From positions 242,447 to 306,446 of the forward strand of contig CAWHHU010000003.1 of the NCBI GenBank assembly GCA_963829295.1: a DNA stretch of 64,000 nucleotides. The letters are read 5' to 3'. The stretch is from an uncultured Chloroflexia bacterium. Lineage in GTDB: Bacteria > Chloroflexota > Limnocylindria > Limnocylindrales > CSP1-4. The position numbers and the translations under genes were made by a program. This document shows positions 39,928 through 49,704 of this stretch, piece after piece. Position 1 is the first letter of the stretch. Each line of letters starts with the position of its first letter. The notes beneath the pieces were generated by a model that had not been told where the DNA came from, did not search any database, and was given only the letters and a program-made list of their open reading frames with translations.

Positions 39928-42672
39928 ATGGACCGCAGTCTCGGGTTGCGGACGGGGCTCCGGTTCGGGCTGCTCGGCCCGCTTGCGGCGTGGCGTGACG
40001 GCCACCCGATCGAGCTGGGCTCTCCGCAGCAGCGGGCGGTGTTGGGTCTGCTGCTCGTGCGGCGTGACGAGTTCGTCTCAGCCGATGCGATCGTGGACGC
40101 GCTCTGGCCCGCGGATGCCCCCGCCAACGCATTGCCGGCTGTGCGCACCTACCTCTCGCGGTTGCGAAAGCTGCTCGCCACCGCCGGCAGCTCACCGATT
40201 GAGAGTGGGCCTGTGGGCTATCGACTGCCGGCCCACGTCGGGGAGACCGACGTCGAGCGTTTCGACGCCCTGGTCAAGCGGGCCCACTCGGCGCTCTCCA
40301 GCGGGCAGGCGGTCGAAGCCGAGGACCTCCTTACGTCGGGACTTGTGCTCGTGCGCGGGCGCCCGCTCGATGGCCTCGAGGATCTCGAGGCGGTGCGGTT
40401 TGAACGGGAGCGACTTGTCGAGCTGAAGCTGCTGGCCGAGGACGACCTCGTCCAGGCCCGGCTCGATCAGGGGATGCATCGCGAGCTGGTGTCCGAGCTG
40501 CGCGGGAGGGTGACCGAAATCCCGGAACGGGAGCGGTCGTGGGCGCAGCTGATGCTCGCCCTGTACCGCTCCGGCCGGCAGGTTGAGGCGCTCGCCGCAT
40601 ACCGCGAGGCGCGCGATGTCCTCGCCAACGAGTTCGGCCTGGAACCGGGCGAGGCGCTCCAGCGCCTGGAACGCATGATCCTGCTGCAGGAGCGGACGCT
40701 GGACCACGACGAGGTCGGTCGGCTGCACGGGGTGCCCCGCGAGGCGACAAACCTGATTGGCCGCAACGGTGATCTCGTGGATCTGTGTCAGCTCGTGGGT
40801 CGCGAGCGGCTCGTGTCGCTGGTGGGGCCGGCCGGCGTGGGCAAGACGCGGCTCGCCATCGAAGCCGCCGCCCGGCTGCGGCACCAGTTTCCGGAGGGTA
40901 TCTGGTGGATCGATCTCGCATCCGTCGATGCTGACGGCGTGCCAGGCGTGTTCACGCGCGTGCTTGCCCTTCGCGAGGCGGTTGGGGGCTTGCCAGCTGA
41001 CGACCTGTTGATCGCACGCCTGCGCGGCGCCCGGATGCTGCTGATCGTCGACAACTGCGAGCATCTCCTGCCTGCCGTCACGCCCCTGCTCGGCCGGGTG
41101 CTCGCGGAGACGGCCGGCGCCCATCTGCTGGCCACGAGCCGAGAGCCGCTCCACATGGGTGGGGAGGTCGTGCACGCCGTGTCGCCGCTCCGTACCCCCT
41201 CGGAGACGATGCTCGACGCCGATCGGCTCCTGGACTGCGAGGCCGCCCAGCTGTTCGTCGCGCGAGGTGGAGGCTCGCTGGATCACGATCAGCTCACAGA
41301 CGTGGACGCATCGGCCATCGCCCGGATCGTGGCGCGGCTGGATGGGTTGCCGCTGGCGATCGAGCTCGCCGCCGGCAGGTTGCGCTCGCTCCCGCTGACC
41401 GAGCTCGACCGGATTCTCGAGCGCCGACTGGAGGTCCTCGGCGGCGGCGAGCGCACCGCCCCGGCACGCCACCGGACGCTCGAGACGGCGATCGACTGGA
41501 GCTACGCGCAGCTGAGCGACGACGAGCGGCGGGTGCTGGTCGGTCTCGCCGTCTTCCCGGGCAGCTTCGATACCGCCGCCGCGTGCGCGGTCGCGGCGGA
41601 CGACCCATCCGACCCCGACGCGGTGCTACCTCTCCTGTCACAGCTCGTGGACCGCTCGCTGCTTACCCTCGAGGCGGGGGAGCCACGGTACCGGTTGCTC
41701 CAGACCGTGCGCGCGTTCGTTCGCAACCGTGAAGGCGCCACCAGCGCGTTCACGGCCGCTGCCGAGCGGCACCGCGACCACTACACCGCGCTTGGAGAGG
41801 AGCTCTTCCGACGTCTCCTCGAGCCCGGGCTGGCCGCCTGGCTCGATCGTGGCTACGCGGAGCAGGACAACCTGCATGCCGCGCTCAGCTGGTCGCTCGA
41901 CCGCGGAGATGGCGACACCGCGCTGAAGATGGCCTCCGCGCTCGGCGTCTACTGGTACCGGACGGGCCAGCTCAGCGAGGGCCTCGAGTACCTCGAGCGC
42001 GCCCTCCAGCTCGCGCCGGACGAGAGCCGGTGGCGTCCTCGCGCGCTGATGGTCAAGTCCCATCTCCAGCTCAACGCCGGCGTCGCCGAGGCGCCAACGA
42101 CCGTTGCGACCGCGATCGAAGCATGCGAGAAGGCCGATCCCGGGCTGTTCGCGTTCGCCCTCGCGGGCCTCGGGCAGTGGCGCATGGTGGAAGGACGCTT
42201 CGACGAGGCCGAGCAGGCGATCGAGCGCGCGCACATGATCTTCGGGGAGCTGGCGGACCCGGAGGGTCTGCACTTCACCGATGAGCTGATGGGTGTCGCC
42301 CGTCACCTGCGCGGCGACCTCGAGAGCGCCCTCAGGTACCTGCTCCGCTCGAGGGACGGCTACTTCGAGATGCGCGGCAGCGCCCAGGCTGGCTGGACGC
42401 ACATCCACCTCGCCCGCGTGCAGCTCGACCTCGGACTCCTCGACGACGCTGAGACGTCCGCCCGTACCGGGATCGAGGAGTTCCAGTCCCGCCACGACCC
42501 GAGAGGGCTGGCGGCCGCCTACACCTGCCTCGGTCGGATCCACGCCGCGAGGGGCGACACGGAACGAGCGCGGCTGTTCCTGGACCAGGCGCTCGAGCTT
42601 GCCCACCGCTGGAAGTACCCGCTCGAGACGGCGGAGGCCGAGGCGGCGCTCGGGCTGCTCGAGACCGCGTAG
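39928..42672 (+). CDS. AfsR/SARP family regulator (wHTH-BTAD-ATPase-TPR)
   Basis: LLGPL, LMLALYRSGRQVEAL, GLEPG, GPAGVGKT, DNCEH, LDGLPLAIELAA, TPR-like C-terminus; GAGGAGG RBS. Confidence 0.93.
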   Translation: MDRSLGLRTGLRFGLLGPLAAWRDGHPIELGSPQQRAVLGLLLVRRDEFVSADAIVDALWPADAPANALPAVRTYLSRLRKLLATAGSSPIESGPVGYRLPAHVGETDVERFDALVKRAHSALSSGQAVEAEDLLTSGLVLVRGRPLDGLEDLEAVRFERERLVELKLLAEDDLVQARLDQGMHRELVSELRGRVTEIPERERSWAQLMLALYRSGRQVEALAAYREARDVLANEFGLEPGEALQRLERMILLQERTLDHDEVGRLHGVPREATNLIGRNGDLVDLCQLVGRERLVSLVGPAGVGKTRLAIEAAARLRHQFPEGIWWIDLASVDADGVPGVFTRVLALREAVGGLPADDLLIARLRGARMLLIVDNCEHLLPAVTPLLGRVLAETAGAHLLATSREPLHMGGEVVHAVSPLRTPSETMLDADRLLDCEAAQLFVARGGGSLDHDQLTDVDASAIARIVARLDGLPLAIELAAGRLRSLPLTELDRILERRLEVLGGGERTAPARHRTLETAIDWSYAQLSDDERRVLVGLAVFPGSFDTAAACAVAADDPSDPDAVLPLLSQLVDRSLLTLEAGEPRYRLLQTVRAFVRNREGATSAFTAAAERHRDHYTALGEELFRRLLEPGLAAWLDRGYAEQDNLHAALSWSLDRGDGDTALKMASALGVYWYRTGQLSEGLEYLERALQLAPDESRWRPRALMVKSHLQLNAGVAEAPTTVATAIEACEKADPGLFAFALAGLGQWRMVEGRFDEAEQAIERAHMIFGELADPEGLHFTDELMGVARHLRGDLESALRYLLRSRDGYFEMRGSAQAGWTHIHLARVQLDLGLLDDAETSARTGIEEFQSRHDPRGLAAAYTCLGRIHAARGDTERARLFLDQALELAHRWKYPLETAEAEAALGLLETA

Positions 42673-42686
42673 GGCCGGAGCCGCCT

Positions 42687-42720
42687 CGTTTAGCTCCCGT
42701 TTACGCCCGGGCCTTAGCGT
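42687..42720 (+). promoter_or_regulatory. AfsR-box-like SARP site plus -10 element
   Basis: CGTTTAGCT at 42687 and CGTTTACGC at 42698 (11-bp period), 8-bp spacer, then TAGCGT at 42715-42720. Confidence 0.65.
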
Positions 42721-42793
42721 CGGCGCAGATCGGGAGCTCGCGATGCGCAGCCGGCCACCGCAGCGTCCCGTGACCGCGATACGGAGTAGCACA

Positions 42794-43666
42794 ATGGCAC
42801 GCCGAATCCTGGCACTCGTGGCCGCGGCGGCCCTGGCCGCCGTTGCCGCGACATCGGCCTTGGCAATCGAGGGTGGCACCCCGGACGGGGATGCTCACCC
42901 CAACGTGGGCATCCTTGCCTTCGACGTCGATGGACCCGGCGGCACGCCGCCGTTCGTCATCTGCAGCGGCAGCGTGATCAGTGACGACGCCTTCCTGGTC
43001 GCGGCGCATTGCGTCATCCCGCCGCTCGTCAGCCTGCCGCCGAATGTCACCTGGGCGGTCACCCTGGTGGCCGGGTCGCCGGCCGATCCCGTGCTACCGG
43101 GCGGGTACTTCCCCGACGACTATCCCGGCTGCTGCGCCCTGACCGTGCCCGAATCGGCCATCGCCTACGCGTCCGGCGCGATCGTCCATCCACTCTACGA
43201 CCCGGCGACCTACACGGAGGAGGCCGGCGGCGAGCATGACCTTGCCGTTGTCCAGTTCGCACCCGGCACCTTTGCGGGCGTCATGCCGGTCGATCTCGTG
43301 CACCCCGGCCAGCTCTCGCATCTGGCCGCCGCCGGCAACCGCCAGGGGCCACGCCTGACGATCGTCGGCTACGGGGCACAGATCCAGGACGGCGGGGTGT
43401 ACGTCGCCGGCTACCGAAAGACCGGGCGCGCGTCGCTCATCGATGGCACGGACAACTGGCTGGTGCTCACCCAGACGACGGGCGACCTGCCCGGCAACGC
43501 GGCGCTGTGCGTGGGCGACTCGGGCTCACCGCAGTTCCTGGGCGGCTCCAACGTACAGGTCTCCGTCTTCCACGGAGGGGCCCTGGACTGCATCGGGACC
43601 GGCTACGCCCAGCGGCTCGACACGCCGGCCGAGCAGTCGTTCCTGGCTCCGTTCCTCGGGTCGTAG
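42794..43666 (+). CDS. secreted trypsin-like serine protease (S1)
   Basis: Signal peptide then IEGG; CSG, AAHC, HDLAV, GYG, GDSGSP. Confidence 0.9.
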   Translation: MARRILALVAAAALAAVAATSALAIEGGTPDGDAHPNVGILAFDVDGPGGTPPFVICSGSVISDDAFLVAAHCVIPPLVSLPPNVTWAVTLVAGSPADPVLPGGYFPDDYPGCCALTVPESAIAYASGAIVHPLYDPATYTEEAGGEHDLAVVQFAPGTFAGVMPVDLVHPGQLSHLAAAGNRQGPRLTIVGYGAQIQDGGVYVAGYRKTGRASLIDGTDNWLVLTQTTGDLPGNAALCVGDSGSPQFLGGSNVQVSVFHGGALDCIGTGYAQRLDTPAEQSFLAPFLGS

Positions 43667-43730
43667 ACGCGTTGGCCACACCGCTGTGGCCCGCCGCGCG
43701 TGAGCGCAGCGAAACGCAGTGAGACGTGAG

Positions 43731-44696
43731 ATGAAGGTCAGAGGTCGAATCGCCACCGGACTGCTCGCCCTGACCCTGGTCGGGTGCGGCGGAGGCGGAG
43801 CCCCGTCTGCGTCGCCCACGTTGGCAGGCGTCTCCGCAACGCCCACGTCGGCAGGTGCGTCCGCCACGCCCCCGGTGGCAACCGCCTCCGCGACGCCCAC
43901 GGTGACGGCCGGTCACATCGAGGTCGGCGGCCTGACCCGCGACTATCTCGTGGCCACGCCGCCCGACGTCGCCGGCCGCGACCCGCTGCCGCTCCTGCTG
44001 GTGCTGCACGGGGCGGAGCTGACGATGCAGGACGCCAGATCCATCAGCGGCTTCGACGTGATGGCCCTCGATCCCGGCGCCATCGTGGTCTACCCGCAGG
44101 GCGAGAGGGATCCGGATGATCCGCAGCGGACGGGATATGTCTGGAACTCCGGCCAGAGGGACACGGGCTTCGACGATGTTGGCTTCCTCTCCGCGCTCAT
44201 CGACCGGACGGAGGCCGACTACCCTGTCGATCCCAACCGCGTCTTCATCCTCGGCGGCTCCAACGGTGGCCAGATGGCCTACCAATTCGCGTGCGAACAC
44301 CCGGACCGCGTGGCGGCAGTCGCGGACGTGGTCGGCGCCCTGCTGGTTGACTGCCAGCCGAGCCAGCCGGTGTCGGTCATCGACATCCACGGGATAGCGG
44401 ACAGGATGATTCCCGTCGGCGGTGGGGGGCAGGGCTGTCTGCCAATGCAGTGTCCGCCCCTCGCCGACACGATGGAGCGCTGGCGCCAGATCGACGGCTG
44501 CACCAGCGACCCGACGGTGACCGAAGACGCCATGACGGTCGAGAGGACGTGGACCGATTGTGACGGCGGCACGGCGGTGACCTTCATCACGGCCAAGGGC
44601 AAGGGGCATGACTGGTACACGTCCAATCCGGACGACCGGGCCGTCACGTGGGACTTCTTCATGCATCACCCGAGACAGTCCCAGACTCACGCGTAG
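43731..44696 (+). CDS. LpqC/PHB-depolymerase-like esterase lipoprotein
   Basis: LVGC lipobox, Thr/Pro linker, VLHG, YPQG, DDVGF, GGSNGG, HGIAD, GHDW. Confidence 0.88.
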   Translation: MKVRGRIATGLLALTLVGCGGGGAPSASPTLAGVSATPTSAGASATPPVATASATPTVTAGHIEVGGLTRDYLVATPPDVAGRDPLPLLLVLHGAELTMQDARSISGFDVMALDPGAIVVYPQGERDPDDPQRTGYVWNSGQRDTGFDDVGFLSALIDRTEADYPVDPNRVFILGGSNGGQMAYQFACEHPDRVAAVADVVGALLVDCQPSQPVSVIDIHGIADRMIPVGGGGQGCLPMQCPPLADTMERWRQIDGCTSDPTVTEDAMTVERTWTDCDGGTAVTFITAKGKGHDWYTSNPDDRAVTWDFFMHHPRQSQTHA

Positions 44697-44794
44697 GCGA
44701 CCCCGGCAAGACACTGCCTGACGCGAGCTTCGCGCAGCCTTGATGTCGGAGCACGAGCCGGTCGTTGGCGGTGTCGGATCCCGAGCGAGCCGTG

Positions 44795-45310
44795 TCAGCA
44801 GTCGAACGTGAACCAGCACAGCTCGTTGCGCAGTCGCTGGTCGTCGAGCACCAGGTCCCGGATCTCGTTGGGGAGCTGGGCGCGCTGCCACTGGCACTCC
44901 AGGCGGCCAGCCGCCTCACGCTCCTCTTCAGGCGTTGCCGCTCGCGCCGCCCTGATCGCGTAGGCCGCGGCGCCCAGCTCGTGGGCCGCCACATGGCCCA
45001 CCGCCGCTGCCTGGCCCGCAGCGTACGCGGCATGCTTTGCTGCCCCACGCAGGTCCCTGGCCGCGGCGTTGGCATGGCCGGCCGCCGTGCGAGCCTCCCA
45101 CCACGTGATCTCACCGCGCGCCCAGGCACGGCCAAGCTCGATCGCGCGTCGCGGACGGTCGTCACCCGGTCGGGCCTGCTCGAAGTGGTGCAGCGCGTGC
45201 TGCGCGCAGTCGGCCGCCCACACCGCGAGGCGGTGGTGATCTTCGTCCTCGAGGCTGCCGCCGCGACGCACAGTGATGAACCGCGGATCCCGAACCTTGG
45301 GGAGAATCAC
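44795..45310 (-). CDS. Imm5-like putative immunity-domain protein
   Basis: AAGGAG-N6-GTG start; ILPKVRDPRF, WAADCA, DDRPRRAI, HVAAH, EC.WQ. Confidence 0.75.
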   Translation of the reverse strand: MILPKVRDPRFITVRRGGSLEDEDHHRLAVWAADCAQHALHHFEQARPGDDRPRRAIELGRAWARGEITWWEARTAAGHANAAARDLRGAAKHAAYAAGQAAAVGHVAAHELGAAAYAIRAARAATPEEEREAAGRLECQWQRAQLPNEIRDLVLDDQRLRNELCWFTFDC

Positions 45311-45707
45311 TTCGCGCTCCTTCGTGATCAGCGGCTTGACGACATCGTCGAACGTCTGCCGGCTCGGGTTGAGGATCGCGATCCAGTGCTGCCTGGCGTA
45401 CACCGGGTGGGGGAGGACCCGATCGAGTGCCGCGTCGTCAGGATCCGGCGTCGTAGCCGTCAGCCGCTCGAAGGTGGCCCGCCCCACGCCGATGTTGAGA
45501 CGAAACACACCCGGGCGGGAGAGGGCCGAGGGTTCGCCGATGTCGTGCTCGTCGGTGGTCACGATCGTCGCGAAGTTCGGCCAGTGCTGCTCGTCGACCG
45601 AGAAGAACGTGGCGCCCATCGCCTCGGCGATGACCGTGTCCGGAAAGGTGGTCGTGATCCAGCTCGTGATCTCGTCCTGGTCAGGCCCGCACGTCTGTCA
45701 ACTCCAT
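45311..45707 (-). pseudogene. DUF6194-like gene, disrupted at the 5' end and fused in frame to the downstream gene
   Basis: DQDEITSWITTTFP...FATIVT, GVFRLNIGV, PHPVYARQHWIAILNP; no stop of its own; ATG at 45707 is out of frame. Confidence 0.6.
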
Positions 45708-45802
45708 TCCATGAGGGTAGCCACCGCATGTCAAGGGCCGCCGCGCCAGCGCCCGGACCTGGTTCGAGGTCGCCTCGAGGAGGATCTCGGCGCACGCGGG
45801 AG

Positions 45803-46345
45803 CTAGTCGCGCGCCGCTTGCCTGTCCGTCCCGCCGGGCAGCCGCTCACGCGCGAGCTCGACAACGTGAGGTTGCATGTCGCGCCACGACCTCCACACCG
45901 CGCGGGCCCAGCGGTCGAGGACCTCCACGTATTCGCGTGGCGTCGCGGCGAGCGCCAGATCCTGGACCGTCTTCTCGGCGCGTGCCCGGGGAGCCCGGAA
46001 CCTTGGCCAGTCGCGATATCTGCCGGCGAGCAGCTGGTGCGCGTCCCGGACCTCGATGCCGGTCCAGCCGTGGTCGAGCGCGAGGTCCAGACCGATCAGG
46101 GCAAAGGCGGTGGTGATCGCGGCAGTCTGGTCGCCCGCGTGCTGGGCCGCATACGTGTCGACCAGCAGCTGGTGCCAGCGGCCGAGCTCGGCCAGGTGCT
46201 GGTACTCGTACGCGAGCACCTCGCCATACAGCTCATGGCATGCCAGCGATGCCGTCGAGCGCCGGTTCCAGGGCTCACTCGATCCCGGCAGGACGATCCC
46301 GCAGCCCGGACAGGCCGCCATCGGCACAATCGCGTCCCCAGTCAT
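45803..46345 (-). CDS. DUF5946-like protein
   Basis: CPGCG, HQLLVDTYAAQH, WARAVW. Confidence 0.75.
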   Translation of the reverse strand: MTGDAIVPMAACPGCGIVLPGSSEPWNRRSTASLACHELYGEVLAYEYQHLAELGRWHQLLVDTYAAQHAGDQTAAITTAFALIGLDLALDHGWTGIEVRDAHQLLAGRYRDWPRFRAPRARAEKTVQDLALAATPREYVEVLDRWARAVWRSWRDMQPHVVELARERLPGGTDRQAARD

Positions 46346-46471
46346 CACGAACACAGAGGTTGCCACACGACCCAAACGGGCCGGTGGCAGGGTGCGTGAT
46401 CGCATCAGTCTGCGAACACGCGTAGGATCACCCAACGCCCCAACCTGGTGGCGGTACCAAATCGAGGCGAC

Positions 46472-46729
46472 ATGACCAAGCACTCGAGAAGCGAACGCGA
46501 CCGTCGCGCAGCTGAGTCCGCACGCATGGTGGAGGTCGAGCGCGCCTGGCTCGGCAGCATCCCGGCCGATGTCGCCGCGGACTTTGCCAGGGACGTGGCG
46601 GCCGCCCGGGCCCGCGGGCCCCTGCCCAAGCAGCCGGACATGGCGCCCGGAACCCGTCCGCATCCGCCTCGTCCGGGTCACGAGCCGAAGCCCAAGAAGG
46701 AAGAGGCCCCCTCGCGCCGCCGCTACTAG
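46472..46729 (+). CDS. small basic, Pro-rich hypothetical protein
   Basis: GAGG RBS; helical N-terminus, PDMAPGTRPHPPRPGHEPKPKK tail. Confidence 0.65.
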   Translation: MTKHSRSERDRRAAESARMVEVERAWLGSIPADVAADFARDVAAARARGPLPKQPDMAPGTRPHPPRPGHEPKPKKEEAPSRRRY

Positions 46730-46994
46730 GCCGCCTGCCGGGGATCGCGCACTGCGGCATCGTGCGGGCCCGGAGACCACAGCTCGCCCCGTGACGCTAC
46801 GGGAGCTGCACTGACAGATCCTCAGGCGTCCGCGGGGAGGATCCGGTCGAGTGTCGCTCCGTCATCGTCGGCGCCGCGGCCGTCCCCCACGCAACGCTCG
46901 CGGCCATGCGTCACGCCGATCCCGACGGATGTCACTTGCGGCCCACCAGCCTGCCGTCCGATCCTGCGGTGCACACGCGGACGGGAGGCCCGGG

Positions 46995-48218
46995 ATGATC
47001 GGAGCGACTCCCAGCACAGGCGTTGGGCAGCCGCGGGCCCGGGGGCAGCCGCGGGGCTGGTGTGCGGTCGGGCGCACGACGCGCCTGTATGTGGTGGCCT
47101 GGTCACTCCTGGGCGCCATCTCTGCGCTTGGCTTTGCCGGCGCCGGGCACACGACCGACGACGCCCTGTTCATCGCGGCCGGTCTCGCGCTGCTCTTGCT
47201 TGAGTTCCTGGTACCAGGTCTGGTCCTGTGGTGGCTGGCCGGCGCCGTGGTTCGAGGCCGGCCCGGCTGGGCCCGCGTCGTCCTGGCCGTCCTTTGGGTC
47301 CTCGCGTGCCTGTTCACGCTCGGGATCGCGGTCCTGCCGCTGCTCATCGTGTACGCGCTCACCCCCGCCCAGCCACCCAGCACGCCCGCCTTTGCAGCGA
47401 TCGCCATCCACGACACAGCCCCGGATTCGCTGGGGCAGGTCGTGGTGCCCAGAGGCCCCGACGCCATGCCGCTTGGTGAGGCCACGGCGCTGGTGCGGAG
47501 ATACGAGCTCGTGCGAAATGCACACCTCGGGAGGTTGGCCGCTCCCGTTTCGGAGCTGCCCGCCGCGCCCGCCACGATGAGCCAGGCCTTGATCGCCCTG
47601 GCCAGAGATACCCGGCCGGTGGATCAGGGCGCTATTGCCGAGGCGCTCATCGATCTGGCGGCGTTCGTGGATGACGCTGGCGCCGATGCCGTCAACGCCG
47701 GCGGCCGGCGACGTGACGGCAGTCGATCGCCCGAACCCCAGGATGCGCGAGCCAGGGCGGTGCTCGAGGCCATCGGGCTCGGCAGAGCCCAGGTCATCCG
47801 GCAGAACCGTCAGGACGTCCCGCTGCTCGGCCAGTACGTGTCTTCGGCGCTTGGCTCCGAGCCGATCGCGATCGGAACAGGGAGAGACAGGCTCGACAAG
47901 AACAGTGCATCAGAGGAAGGCGCGGCGATCGCCATGCTGTCCAGCCTGATGGTCATCGCCGTCACGCTGGTCGTCGCCGTGGCTGGAAGGCCCTGGTGGC
48001 TGGTGCTGATCGTGGGCATGGTGACGGCCGTTGTCGGCGGCGTCGCGATGACCAGCCTCGGCACCGCGATCGACCGGTCGCGCGCCCCGCGACGTGAGCA
48101 TCGCGTGGCGGCATCACGAGATCCGATGAACGGGGTACGAGACCTGATCGTGCTGGGCGGCGGGCTCGCGATCCCCCTGGTGTCGATGGCGGTGGCCATG
48201 GCCCTGGCGGAACCCTGA
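46995..48218 (+). CDS. hypothetical membrane protein
   Basis: TM clusters at both ends around a soluble middle; GGGAGG RBS. Confidence 0.6.
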   Translation: MIGATPSTGVGQPRARGQPRGWCAVGRTTRLYVVAWSLLGAISALGFAGAGHTTDDALFIAAGLALLLLEFLVPGLVLWWLAGAVVRGRPGWARVVLAVLWVLACLFTLGIAVLPLLIVYALTPAQPPSTPAFAAIAIHDTAPDSLGQVVVPRGPDAMPLGEATALVRRYELVRNAHLGRLAAPVSELPAAPATMSQALIALARDTRPVDQGAIAEALIDLAAFVDDAGADAVNAGGRRRDGSRSPEPQDARARAVLEAIGLGRAQVIRQNRQDVPLLGQYVSSALGSEPIAIGTGRDRLDKNSASEEGAAIAMLSSLMVIAVTLVVAVAGRPWWLVLIVGMVTAVVGGVAMTSLGTAIDRSRAPRREHRVAASRDPMNGVRDLIVLGGGLAIPLVSMAVAMALAEP

Positions 48219-48384
48219 GTCGGTCGGCGCACCCCGACAGGGTCGTGGCCAGGGCCGGCGCGGGGTCACGCGGGAGGGCGGTGAGCAGTCCGGGCGTGAC
48301 GGCCCGGAAGATTCCGACCGATGGCCGATGAAACCGGGTCGAACGAGACGTTTCATGTGAGGTATCCGCGCGGAGGATCGAACC

Positions 48385-48840
48385 ATGACTTCCATGAGCA
48401 CGGAGGGCAGGGTCCGCATGCCGACAGCAGTCTCGTTTGCCCTCGGCAGCGTTGGGGTCGCAGCGTCCCTGTGGCTCGCCTGGATGGCGTTGACCAATGA
48501 CTCGGTGCCGATCGTCGGGTCCGTTCGCGGCGCGCTCATCGCGGTTGTGATCATCGGGATGGCCGCCTGCTCCGCCGCCGGGATCGGCCTGGCACCCGAC
48601 ATCGGCCGGACTCACCCGATCACGATCTTCGGCATCGTCGTCGGCGTGCTCGCGCTCGCGATCGCCGGCGCCGGGCTTTTCGGCTGGGACGGGCTCGTCC
48701 GGTTCGCGGACGGCTTGCTGCCGCTCGGGACGGGCCTGACCGCGACGACCGAACGCCTGGCGATCGGGCTGCTCGCCGGCCTCATCGCACTGAAGTGGGT
48801 CGCGGGCATCCCGCTTGCGCTGCTGGTGAACCGCGGCTGA
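48385..48840 (+). CDS. four-TM hypothetical membrane protein
   Basis: GGAGGA RBS; hydrophobic segments. Confidence 0.7.
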   Translation: MTSMSTEGRVRMPTAVSFALGSVGVAASLWLAWMALTNDSVPIVGSVRGALIAVVIIGMAACSAAGIGLAPDIGRTHPITIFGIVVGVLALAIAGAGLFGWDGLVRFADGLLPLGTGLTATTERLAIGLLAGLIALKWVAGIPLALLVNRG

Positions 48841-48914
48841 CATCGCCGCCCTGCGCCGGCGACAGGGACACTGCGCCGGCGACAGGCAGGCGCGCCGGTT
48901 ACCCTCGTTGGGCG

Positions 48915-49499
48915 ATGGATTTCCTCATCTACGGTCGCGGGGCCCGGAGCGTCAACGATCACAGCGACGACCAGCAGCTCAATGAAGCGCACTGGTCCTA
49001 CATGGACGCCTTCGCCGCCAGGATGACCGCCCGCGGGCCAACCCTCTCCCCGGATCGGCAGCGCTGGACCGGCAGCCTCCACGTGGTGGACCTGCCCAAC
49101 GTGGAGGCGGCACGGGCGTTCGCCGAGAACGATCCCTATCACCGGGCGGGGCTGTTCAAGGGGCACCTGATCCGGGGCTTCGACAACCGGCTCGGGCGGA
49201 CGATGTGGGACTTCGACCGGCCGAGCACCGACCTGCCGTTCCTGGTGATCGCCGACTCCGGGATCCACGGCCTGCAGCCGGCGGATGCGGTGGCACGGCT
49301 CGGATCGGCGTTGGAGGGACGCCTCATCGTGTGGGGAACCCTGCGCTCCGCGGATGGGCAGCAATCCTCCGGGGTCGCGGTCGCCCTGGTGGCGGCCGAC
49401 CTGGCCGCCGTCAGATCATTGATCGCCGACGAGCCGGCGTTGCTCGAGGGAGCCGCCGACCCCGAGATCCACGCCTGGGAGCTCGGCGGCCGGCGCTGA
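48915..49499 (+). CDS. YciI-like protein (tandem YCII domains)
   Basis: HWSYMD, ARGPTL, GSLHVVDL, DPYHRAGLF, W.LGGRR. Confidence 0.85.
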   Translation: MDFLIYGRGARSVNDHSDDQQLNEAHWSYMDAFAARMTARGPTLSPDRQRWTGSLHVVDLPNVEAARAFAENDPYHRAGLFKGHLIRGFDNRLGRTMWDFDRPSTDLPFLVIADSGIHGLQPADAVARLGSALEGRLIVWGTLRSADGQQSSGVAVALVAADLAAVRSLIADEPALLEGAADPEIHAWELGGRR

Positions 49500-49704
49500 C
49501 CCGTACGGCGGGCCGCGGTCGTACTGAGCCGACCGCTCCCACGGAGACGTTCGACTGGCTTGCGCGAGGAGGTCCACCCGGAGGCCTGGCTCGATCGGGG
49601 CCCGTCAACGCCGGCCGCGATCGTCTGCGCCATCGGCGGGTCGTTCGCCTGGTGCTGGCGGCGCAGGCATCGCCCTCTGGGCGGTCCGGCTCGCCCAGCG
49701 GCCG

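Noticed and set aside
35580-44696. Exporter, oxidase and SARP genes as a secondary-metabolite cluster
   Set aside because: No PKS, NRPS, RiPP or terpene core genes in the window
49560-49700. Possible remnant of a DUF418-like membrane gene
   Set aside because: Too short and degenerate to support without a search
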